A DNA stretch of 24,000 nt from an uncultured Actinomycetota bacterium (GTDB lineage Bacteria > Actinomycetota > Actinomycetes > Propionibacteriales > Nocardioidaceae). Location of the stretch: positions 143,063 through 167,062 of the forward strand of contig CAWFFZ010000008.1 of NCBI GenBank assembly GCA_963815295.1, written 5' to 3'. The translations under genes and the position numbers were made by a program. Below the pieces are notes generated by a model that did not search any database, was not told the origin of the DNA, and saw nothing but the letters and a program-made list of their open reading frames with translations. Shown here piece after piece: positions 1-7,075 of the stretch (within the stretch, counting starts at the first letter, position 1; each line of letters starts with the position of its first letter).

Positions 1-1020
1 CCACCGCAAGGTGAGTCTTACGAACTCGCGTACGACGAGTTGGTGGTGGCCATTGGCTCGGTCGCCCGCACCCTGCCCATCCCCGGTCTCAAGGAGCACG
101 GGATGGGGTTCAAGCAGATCGAAGAGGCCATCGCACTGCGAAACCAGGTGCTCGACCGCCTCGATCTCGCCACATCCGTGCTCGACCCCGGCACCCGGCA
201 GTGCGCGTTGACGTTCGTCTTCGTCGGCGGCGGATACGCGGGAGTCGAAGCGCTCGCAGAGATTGAGGACATGGCGCGGTTTGCCACCCGCTACTACGAG
301 TCGATCACCGAGGACGACCTCCGGTTCATCCTTGTTGAGGCGACCGACCGGATCCTGCCCGAGGTGGGACCCGATCTAGGTCGCTACACGGTCCAGCGAC
401 TGCGTGACCGCGGCATCGACGTACGCCTCAACACCCGGCTCGAGTCTGCCGAAAACCATCACATCGTGCTTTCCGACGGGGACGAGTTCGACGCCGACAC
501 GCTCGTCTGGACGGCGGGGGTCAAGGCCAGCCCGGTACTAGTCGACAGTGACCTGCCCCTGGACGACAAGGGTCGCGTCAAGGCGCTGCCCAACCTGAGG
601 GTCGAAGGCCTCGAGCACGTCTGGACCGCCGGCGACAATGCGGCCGTCCCTGACCTCACGAGCCCGGGCCAGTTCTGCTCGCCGAGCGCGCAGCATGCAG
701 TGCGCCAGGCCCGGCTACTCGCCAAGAACTTGGTGCGGTCGCTGCGCGGAGAGGAGCTCAAGGACTACAAGCACAAGCACGTGGGGTCCGTCGCGAGCCT
801 CGGCCTCCACAAGGGTGTTGCGCAGGTGTATGGCATCAAGCTCAAGGGCTTCCCCGCCTGGTTCATGCACCGCACCTACCACCTGAGCCGGATGCCAACG
901 CTGAGCAAGAAGGTACGGGTCGTACTCGACTGGACGCTTGCCTTGTTCTTCAGCCGCGACATCGTGTCGCTGGGAACTCTGCAACGTGCCCGCGACGACT
1001 TCGACCGCGCAAGCCGCTGA
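1..1020 (+). CDS. ndh: Type II NADH dehydrogenase / FAD-dependent pyridine nucleotide-disulfide oxidoreductase (5'-truncated by window edge)
   Basis: Frame 1 is open from base 1 (PPQGESYELAYDELVVAIGS...), so the ATG at 40 is internal. Second dinucleotide-binding motif FVFVGGGYAGVE, FAD motif WTAGDNA, and a C-terminal membrane-anchoring tail typical of NDH-2. High GC3. Confidence 0.85.
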   Translation, partial: PPQGESYELAYDELVVAIGSVARTLPIPGLKEHGMGFKQIEEAIALRNQVLDRLDLATSVLDPGTRQCALTFVFVGGGYAGVEALAEIEDMARFATRYYESITEDDLRFILVEATDRILPEVGPDLGRYTVQRLRDRGIDVRLNTRLESAENHHIVLSDGDEFDADTLVWTAGVKASPVLVDSDLPLDDKGRVKALPNLRVEGLEHVWTAGDNAAVPDLTSPGQFCSPSAQHAVRQARLLAKNLVRSLRGEELKDYKHKHVGSVASLGLHKGVAQVYGIKLKGFPAWFMHRTYHLSRMPTLSKKVRVVLDWTLALFFSRDIVSLGTLQRARDDFDRASR

Positions 1021-1116
1021 GCCCCCTTGCGTCCGTACCTCCGGTCGCGATAGCGCTCAGTTGCACGGATGCAAGGGTCGCGGCGGGTGGCGGCCTACGA
1101 TGAGACGCGGCGAGCG

Positions 1117-1193
1117 GCCCCCGTATCCCAACTGGCAGAGGACGCACCCTTAAAAGGTGCTCAGTGTGGGTTCGAATCCCACCGGGGGCACCA
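1117..1193 (+). tRNA. tRNA-like gene, anticodon 5'-UAA-3' (would read UUA), class I architecture, encoded CCA; isotype unresolved
   Basis: Hand-folded cloverleaf. Acceptor GCCCCCG(1117-1123)/CGGGGGC(1183-1189). D arm TCC(C)-AACTGGCAG-(A)GGA, with only 3 Watson-Crick pairs. Anticodon arm GCACC-CTTAAAA-GGTGC, anticodon TAA at 1151-1153. Variable loop TCAGT (5 nt). T arm GTGGG-TTCGAAT-CCCAC. Discriminator A1190, CCA 1191-1193. Confidence 0.75.
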
Positions 1194-1305
1194 CTGGTGG
1201 TCACCCGGCCCCACCTGAGCCCCTATCGGATCCGATCGACGACCACTCTGGTCTAGCGCTGAGAGTCCGTCAGTCGTAGATTGCCGGAATCAGGTATTGC
1301 CGACC

Positions 1306-1353
1306 GGTAAGCAGGCTCGGCGCCGGTCTCCCGCCCGGAGCCGAGCTCTTACC
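1306..1353 (+). promoter_or_regulatory. Extended imperfect hairpin in the tRNA-hypF spacer (possible tRNA terminator or hypF leader structure)
   Basis: GGTAAG(1306-1311) pairs with CTTACC(1348-1353). GCTCGGC(1315-1321) pairs with GCCGAGC(1340-1346). Inner CCGG(1323-1326) pairs with CCGG(1335-1338) around loop TCTCCCGC. About 17 bp in total with one internal bulge. No U-tract follows. Confidence 0.35.
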
Positions 1354-1379
1354 CGCTGGCTACACCTGCCAGTCGGAGT

Positions 1380-3761
1380 GTGCGGACTCATTGGAGTTCA
1401 CCGGTGGTAGCTGCATCTGGGCGACAGCGTCGGCGGTTCATCATCCGCGGCGTCGTGCAAGGCGTGGGTTTTCGCCCCCACGTCTACGCACTCGCGAGGT
1501 CACTCGACCTCTCGGGGGGTGTGTGGAACGACGCCAACGGAGTCGTCGTCGAGGTCGAGGGCGACCCAGCAGCGCTGGACGCCTTCGGCAGGCGCGTTGA
1601 GGCTGACGCGCCCCCTCTTGCGTCGGTGGCCGACGTTTCCTGGACGACGACGGGCTGCCGGGGCGGCACGGAGTTCGCCGTACGCGCCTCGGAGTCAGGT
1701 CCCGGCCGGACTTTCGTCTCGCCTGACGTGACGATCTGCGAGCCGTGTCTCGACGATCTTCGAGACCCGGAAAACCGCCGCTACCGACACCCGTTCGTCA
1801 CCTGTACCAACTGCGGCCCGCGGTTCACGATCACCACGGGGCTGCCTTACGACCGGCCAACGACGACCATGGCCGGATTCGCGATGTGCGCGGACTGCGC
1901 TGCCGAGTACGTCGACCCGGGTGACCGCCGCTTCCACGCGCAGACGATCTGCTGTCCCGGATGCGGGCCCACGCTGTCGCTGGTCGGTCCGGACCGGGCG
2001 ACCGCCGAAGGTGAGGACGCCATCGCCGAAGCGCGCAGGCTGCTCGTCGAGGGGGCGGTCGTTGCGGTGAAGGGCTTGGGCGGCTACCACCTCGCCTGCG
2101 ATGCCACCAACGAGACCTCGGTCCTGACGCTACGGAAGCGCAAGCAACGCGGCGACAAGCCATTCGCGGTGATGGTGGCCGACCGGAGCGTTGCCGAGCG
2201 CTTTGTCGACCTCTCCGAGGGAGACGCGAACCTGTTGACCGGACGCAGTCACCCCGTTGTGCTCGCGCCCCGACTCGGCGACGCGTCGCTCAGCGGTGCA
2301 GTCGCGCCGTGCAATGCCGACGTCGGCGTGATGCTTGCGTACACGCCAATGCACCACCTCTTGCTCGGCCTGCCGGGAGATGTCCGAGGCCCAGATGCAC
2401 TGGTCATGACGAGCGGCAACCTGGCCGGTGAGCCCATCGTCTTCGACGACACTGACGCTCTCCACCGCCTCGCCGACCTAGCCGACGCGTGGTTGACCCA
2501 CGATCGCCCGATCTATGTTCCGTGCGATGACTCGGTTACCCGGGCCATCGACGGCCGCGAGTCCCCGATCCGTCGGTCGCGCGGCCAGGCTCCACTGCCA
2601 CTCGACTTGTCCTTCGATTCGCCGGCTGCCCTCGGTGTGGGTGCCGACATGAAGAACACCTTCTGCCTCGCCGAGGGCCGGCTGGCGTGGATGTCGGCGC
2701 ATATCGGTGACATGGACGACCTCTCGACCCTCCTCGCGTACGGACTCGCAGAGGAGCACCTGGAGATGCTGACCGGGGTCAGCGCGACTGCCCTGGCCGC
2801 CGACCGGCATCCGGCGTACCGGTCTCGCAAGTGGGCGCTCGACCAGGCCGACGGTCGGCCGGTGACCGGCGTGCAGCACCATCACGCTCACGTCGCCGCC
2901 ACCATGGCTGACAACCGGGTACCCGATGGCATCCAGGTGCTCGGCGTTGCCTTCGACGGAACGGGTTACGGCGAGGATGGTGCCGTGTGGGGCGGGGAGT
3001 TCCTGGTCGCCGACTACCGCTCGTTCGACCGGGCAACTCATCTTGCGTACGTCCCCCTCCCGAGTGGTGACGCCGGCGTGCGGAACCCCAACCGGATGGC
3101 GCTCTCGCACCTGCGTAGCGCGGGCGTCGACTGGGACCTGGCGCTGCCGTGCGTGCGTGCGAGCGATCCCGACGAGCTCGCGCTGCTCGATCGGCAGCTC
3201 GACACCGGGTTCGGCTGCGCGCCAACCTCGAGCATGGGTCGCCTCTTCGACGCAGTCGCCTCGATCGCTGGCGTCTGCCACCGGGCCGGGTATGACGCAC
3301 AAGCGGCCATGGAGCTCGAGGCGCGTGCACGCTCCGTTGGTCAGGTGGAGGGCTACCGGTTCGGCCTGGGCGAGTCTTCGAGAATGCCCGTAGATCCCAG
3401 TCCAGTGATCAGGCAGGCTTCGTCCGACATCCTCAGTGGAGCAGCGCCGGAGTTTATAGCTGCAAGGTTCCAGCAGGGGGTCGTCGACATGGTCCTGGCT
3501 GTGCTCCAACGGCTGCGCGACGAGACAGGCCTCGTGCACGCCACGCTCAGCGGCGGCGTCTTCCTCAACCGCTTCCTGACCTACCGCTGCGCCGAAGCGC
3601 TGGCGGCGGACGGGTTCGAAGTACTGCAGCACCACCGGGTTCCGGCCAGTGACGCGGGGATAGCCCTGGGTCAAGTGGCCGTCCTCGCTCACATGCACCA
3701 GTTACCTCGCGCGACCACCAGACGGCCGAAGCCGTCGGAAAAGGAGATGCCATGTGCCTAG
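1380..3761 (+). CDS. hypF: [NiFe]-hydrogenase maturation carbamoyltransferase HypF
   Basis: N-terminal acylphosphatase-like motif RGVVQGVGFRPHVYALA. Two Zn-finger pairs (CEPCLDDLRDPENRRYRHPFVTCTNCGPRF; CADCAAEYVDPGDRRFHAQTICCPGCGP). YrdC-like KGLGGYHLACDA, then a Kae1-like C-terminal domain. Start is GTG 1380 per the ORF track; GTG 1404, with GGAG about 8 nt upstream, is an alternative. Confidence 0.95.
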   Translation: MRTHWSSPVVAASGRQRRRFIIRGVVQGVGFRPHVYALARSLDLSGGVWNDANGVVVEVEGDPAALDAFGRRVEADAPPLASVADVSWTTTGCRGGTEFAVRASESGPGRTFVSPDVTICEPCLDDLRDPENRRYRHPFVTCTNCGPRFTITTGLPYDRPTTTMAGFAMCADCAAEYVDPGDRRFHAQTICCPGCGPTLSLVGPDRATAEGEDAIAEARRLLVEGAVVAVKGLGGYHLACDATNETSVLTLRKRKQRGDKPFAVMVADRSVAERFVDLSEGDANLLTGRSHPVVLAPRLGDASLSGAVAPCNADVGVMLAYTPMHHLLLGLPGDVRGPDALVMTSGNLAGEPIVFDDTDALHRLADLADAWLTHDRPIYVPCDDSVTRAIDGRESPIRRSRGQAPLPLDLSFDSPAALGVGADMKNTFCLAEGRLAWMSAHIGDMDDLSTLLAYGLAEEHLEMLTGVSATALAADRHPAYRSRKWALDQADGRPVTGVQHHHAHVAATMADNRVPDGIQVLGVAFDGTGYGEDGAVWGGEFLVADYRSFDRATHLAYVPLPSGDAGVRNPNRMALSHLRSAGVDWDLALPCVRASDPDELALLDRQLDTGFGCAPTSSMGRLFDAVASIAGVCHRAGYDAQAAMELEARARSVGQVEGYRFGLGESSRMPVDPSPVIRQASSDILSGAAPEFIAARFQQGVVDMVLAVLQRLRDETGLVHATLSGGVFLNRFLTYRCAEALAADGFEVLQHHRVPASDAGIALGQVAVLAHMHQLPRATTRRPKPSEKEMPCA

Positions 3762-4105
3762 CGGTTCCTGGACAGGTTCTCTCGATCGCCGAAAGCGACG
3801 GGACGCTCATGGCCCAGGTCGACTTCGGCGGAGTGACCAAGGAGGTGTGCCTGGAGTATGTCCCTGACTTGCAAGTTGGCGAGTACACCATCGTTCACGT
3901 CGGGTTCGCCCTTCAGCGACTCGACGAGCAGTCGGCTCTCGACACCCTCGAGGTCTTCCGTCAGATGGGAGAGCTCGAGGCGGAGTTCGGCGACCACTGG
4001 GGCAGGGCTGCCGAACAGGCCGGTATGCCGAGACCCGACCTGCAGAGTCCGGGCGAGCCCACCGCCCACCCGCAGAGCCCACACGGGGAAGGAGACGTGT
4101 CATGA
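3752..4105 (+). CDS. hypC: Hydrogenase maturation chaperone HypC/HybG/HupF family, with an unusually long C-terminal tail
   Basis: Canonical N-terminus MCLAVPGQV and core [18 protein letters not shown]. The ATG overlaps the hypF stop by 10 nt. 117 aa. Confidence 0.9.
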   Translation: MCLAVPGQVLSIAESDGTLMAQVDFGGVTKEVCLEYVPDLQVGEYTIVHVGFALQRLDEQSALDTLEVFRQMGELEAEFGDHWGRAAEQAGMPRPDLQSPGEPTAHPQSPHGEGDVS

Positions 4106-5244
4106 AGTACCTCGAGGAGTTCCAGGACCCGGCCCTTGCCGAGCGAATTCTCGAAGACATCCACGCGACGGCCAAGCAACCCTGGGCGATGATGGAGGTC
4201 TGCGGTGGACAGACGCACTCGATCATCAGGCACGGCCTCGACCAGCTGCTACCCGAGGGCATCGAGCTGATCCACGGGCCGGGGTGCCCGGTCTGTGTCA
4301 CCCCGCTCGAGATCATCGACAAAGCACTGGAGATCGCTGCCCGGCCGGACGTGATCTTCTGCTCGTTCGGAGACATGCTGCGGGTGCCAGGGAGCAGCGA
4401 CGACCTGTTCCGGATCAAGAGCGCGGGCGGCGACGTACGCGTCGTCTACTCCCCGCTCGACGCGCTCAAGATCGCCGTGAACAACCCCGACCGCGAGGTG
4501 GTCTTCTTCGGAATCGGCTTCGAGACCACCGCACCTCCGAACGCCATGACGGTCTACCAGGCGAAGAAGCTCGGCATCGAGAACTTCAGCCTCCTGGTCA
4601 GCCACGTGCGGGTGCCACCGGCGATTGAGGCGATCATGACGTCGCCGGTCTGTCGGGTGCAGGCGTTCCTCGCGGCCGGCCATGTGTGCACGGTGATGGG
4701 CATCGGCGAGTATCCAGAACTGTCGGACCGGTTCAAGGTGCCGATCGTGGTGACCGGCTTCGAACCCCTCGACATCCTCGAAGGTATTCGGCGTGCGGTC
4801 CACCAGCTCGAGGAGGGCCGGTACGAGGTGGAGAACGCCTACCCACGCGTCGTCTCCCCTGAGGGCAACCCGGTGGCGCGGAAGATGCTCGAGGACGTCT
4901 TCGAAGTCGTCGACCGGTCCTGGCGCGGCATCGGGATGATCCCGCAGAGCGGATGGCGGTTGTCGGAGCGCTACCAGCCGTTTGACGCGGAGCACCGCTT
5001 CGCGGTGACTGCCATGCACAGCGAGGAGTCGTCGATCTGCCGCAGTGGCGAGGTCCTGCAGGGCCTGATCAAACCCCACGAGTGCTCGGCCTTCGGCACG
5101 CAGTGCACCCCGCGCAAGCCGCTCGGCGCAACCATGGTCTCCAGTGAGGGCGCCTGTGCGGCGTACTACCTCTACCGAAGGATGCAGACGACCGAGCAGC
5201 CGGCGGGGGCCGAGCGAAAGGCGGAGGTGACTTCCGTTGGCTGA
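4102..5244 (+). CDS. hypD: Hydrogenase maturation Fe-S protein HypD
   Basis: N-terminus [10 protein letters not shown]; motifs [21 protein letters not shown] and FETTAP. ATGA overlap with the hypC stop. Confidence 0.95.
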   Translation: MKYLEEFQDPALAERILEDIHATAKQPWAMMEVCGGQTHSIIRHGLDQLLPEGIELIHGPGCPVCVTPLEIIDKALEIAARPDVIFCSFGDMLRVPGSSDDLFRIKSAGGDVRVVYSPLDALKIAVNNPDREVVFFGIGFETTAPPNAMTVYQAKKLGIENFSLLVSHVRVPPAIEAIMTSPVCRVQAFLAAGHVCTVMGIGEYPELSDRFKVPIVVTGFEPLDILEGIRRAVHQLEEGRYEVENAYPRVVSPEGNPVARKMLEDVFEVVDRSWRGIGMIPQSGWRLSERYQPFDAEHRFAVTAMHSEESSICRSGEVLQGLIKPHECSAFGTQCTPRKPLGATMVSSEGACAAYYLYRRMQTTEQPAGAERKAEVTSVG

Positions 5245-6322
5245 GCCACTGACGCTGCCTCCTTACGAGGAAGCGCCGAACTTCGAGGGCTGGACCTGCC
5301 CGCTTCCGCTGCGGGACAGCCCGACCGTGCAGATGGGACACGGGGGCGGAGGGGCGATGTCGGCGGAGTTGGTCGACCACGTGTTTCTGCCCAGCTTCGC
5401 CGACGCGGCCCTCGAACAGCTCGGTGACTCCGCAGTCATGCCCTTCGCGGGCGGTCGGCTTGCGTTCTCGACCGACTCGTTCGTGGTGCGCCCACTGTTC
5501 TTCCCGGGCGGCAGCATTGGCGACCTCGCGGTGAACGGGACCGTCAACGACCTGGCGATGAGTGGTGCGAGTCCGCTCTTCCTCTCGACGGCGTTCATCC
5601 TCGAGGAGGGGACGGACATCACCGTGGTCGGCGCGATCTCCAAGCGACTAGGCGAGGCGGCGGTGCGAGCGGGAGTGCGCATCGTGACCGGTGACACCAA
5701 GGTGGTGGAGTCCGGGCACGGTGACGGGGTGTACATCAACACGGCTGGTGTCGGCGTCGTACCGGACGGAGTGGAGATCCGCCCCGACCGCGCGCGGCCG
5801 GGCGACGTCGTCATTGTCAGCGGTGACATCGGCGTGCACGGCATCGCGATCATGAGTGTGCGGGAGGGCCTGCAGTTCGGCACGGAGGTCGAAAGCGACT
5901 GCCAGCCATTGAATGGGCTGGTCGAGCAGATGCTCGGGGTCGGCAAGGACATCCACGTGCTGCGCGACCCGACTCGGGGTGGCCTGGCCAGCTCTCTCAA
6001 CGAGATCGCGAGGGCATCGAAGGTCGGTGTGGCGCTGGTAGAGCGCCAGCTGCCCATCCCGGACGTCGTGGCGAACGCCTGCTCCTTCCTGGGTCTGGAT
6101 CCCCTTCAGGTCGCCAACGAGGGGAAGTTGGTCGCGTTCGTTGCCCCTGAGGACGCCGACGAGGTGCTCGAGGCGATGCAGTCCCACCCGGCGGGAGCCG
6201 GCGCCTGCGTGATCGGGGAGTGCGTGGAGAAGCATCCCGGCATGGTGTCCACCACGACGGGCTTCGGTGCCTCGAGGATCGTCGACCTGCCCATCGGCGA
6301 GCAGCTGCCGCGGATCTGCTGA
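5237..6322 (+). CDS. hypE: Hydrogenase maturation carbamoyl dehydratase HypE
   Basis: AIR-synthase/PurM-like fold signatures (GDSAV, DLAMSGA, GDTKVV). Diagnostic C-terminal PRIC. TTG 5237 is the first possible start after an in-frame TGA at 5228-5230, with GGAGGTGA 6-7 nt upstream. Overlaps the hypD stop by 8 nt. Confidence 0.95.
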   Translation: MAEPLTLPPYEEAPNFEGWTCPLPLRDSPTVQMGHGGGGAMSAELVDHVFLPSFADAALEQLGDSAVMPFAGGRLAFSTDSFVVRPLFFPGGSIGDLAVNGTVNDLAMSGASPLFLSTAFILEEGTDITVVGAISKRLGEAAVRAGVRIVTGDTKVVESGHGDGVYINTAGVGVVPDGVEIRPDRARPGDVVIVSGDIGVHGIAIMSVREGLQFGTEVESDCQPLNGLVEQMLGVGKDIHVLRDPTRGGLASSLNEIARASKVGVALVERQLPIPDVVANACSFLGLDPLQVANEGKLVAFVAPEDADEVLEAMQSHPAGAGACVIGECVEKHPGMVSTTTGFGASRIVDLPIGEQLPRIC

Positions 6323-6326
6323 CGAC

Positions 6327-6635
6327 ATGAAGTTCCTCGTCATCTGGAGCCTCGAGCAGTCGCTGCTTTCCGACGCGATGGTGCGCGCCATCGCGCGAAT
6401 GCCGGAGTACGGCACCCGCCTGGAGGAGCAGCGGAAGGTGCTGCTGCGCTACCACATCGTGGGAGCCCATGGGGGTGCCTGGATCTACGACGTCGACTCA
6501 CACGAGGAGTTCGAGCGGCTCCTCGCGATGGCGCCGGTCTTCAACTTCTCCCAGTACACCGTCCATCCGCTGGCAGACATGACGGGCGCAGACATGACGG
6601 GGGCAGAAATCACAGGAGTGGACCATGCCCCCTGA
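6327..6635 (+). CDS. Small muconolactone delta-isomerase-like (ferredoxin-like alpha+beta) protein
   Basis: 102 aa. MKFLVIW...RKVLLRYHIVGAHGGAWIYDVDSHEEFERLLAMAPVFNFSQYTVHPL follows the MIase-family pattern (GKWRHLWRVAG..FDV.S..ELH.LL..LPLFPYM.I.V.PL) by eye. ATG lies 4 nt after the hypE stop. High GC3. Confidence 0.6.
   Translation: MKFLVIWSLEQSLLSDAMVRAIARMPEYGTRLEEQRKVLLRYHIVGAHGGAWIYDVDSHEEFERLLAMAPVFNFSQYTVHPLADMTGADMTGAEITGVDHAP
6573..6617 (+). repeat. 15-bp tandem repeat, about 3 units (GCAGACATGACGGGC / GCAGACATGACGGGG / GCAGAAATCACAGGA)
   Basis: Read directly from the sequence. Encodes ADMTG-ADMTG-AEITG at the C-terminus of the preceding small protein. The third unit supplies AGGAG upstream of the XRE ATG at 6625. 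Confidence 0.8.
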
Positions 6636-7041
6636 ATCGCCACGGGAGCTGGCTTCCCACGACGAGTGGAGCGAGCGACGGCATCTGGTGGTGAGCGAGC
6701 GCCTTCGTAGGCGGCGTCGGGAGCTGGGGCTTACGCAGATGGACGTGGTGGTCCGGCTGCAGAGCCTCGGGGTGAACACCAGCAACAAGACCGTGTCCAG
6801 CCTGGAGCACGGGGCCGGCCTCCATCTGGCCAAGCTTCCCGAGATCGCCAGCGCGCTCGAATGCACCATCACCTACCTCGTGGGGCTCACCGACAGCCCG
6901 GCCCGCTGGGAGCCCGATGACCCGGCCCCCACGAGACGGGAAGCCGCCTCTCGGCCGGTGCAGCGCAGCGATACCGGAGCACCGTCCGAGCGGCCGTGGA
7001 TCCTCGGCCCGCTTGAGCTGCCCAGGAAGACCCGGGCTTGA
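6625..7041 (+). CDS. XRE-family helix-turn-helix transcriptional regulator
   Basis: HTH_XRE pattern LRRRRRELGLTQMDVVVRLQSLGVNTSNKTVSSLEHG...LPEIASALECTITYLVGLTD. ATG overlaps the upstream stop by 11 nt. Disordered C-terminal tail. Confidence 0.8.
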   Translation: MPPESPRELASHDEWSERRHLVVSERLRRRRRELGLTQMDVVVRLQSLGVNTSNKTVSSLEHGAGLHLAKLPEIASALECTITYLVGLTDSPARWEPDDPAPTRREAASRPVQRSDTGAPSERPWILGPLELPRKTRA

Positions 7042-7075
7042 TGGCGGGCATAGGTGCGAGGGTTGGGCGAGGGTC

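Noticed and set aside
938-1204. ORFs 938-1153 (+) and 950-1204 (-) spanning the ndh 3' end and the tRNA.
   Set aside because: They overlap a well-folded tRNA and the ndh terminus. Their translations are low-complexity and they have no RBS.
2478-3698. 406-aa minus-strand ORF antisense to hypF. Similar long antisense or out-of-frame ORFs occur at 4249-5079, 5263-6057, 5648-6415, 10222-11289, 13106-14710, 15331-16445, 16869-17996, 20892-21756 and 21901-22845.
   Set aside because: These are classic high-GC shadow ORFs. They lie opposite or out of frame to genes with unambiguous family motifs. Their translations are Arg/Pro/Gly/Ala-rich low-complexity sequence with no motifs, and the GC3 bias supports the annotated frame.
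6917-7075. Longer version of the DUF6390-like gene starting at ATG 6917 (or TTG 7013).
   Set aside because: It would overlap the XRE gene by up to 125 nt, and the added residues (MTRPPRDGKPPLGRCSAAIPEHRPSGRGSS...) look like out-of-frame junk. The family-like sequence begins at ...GALLFARYAYPPN. The exact start remains uncertain.
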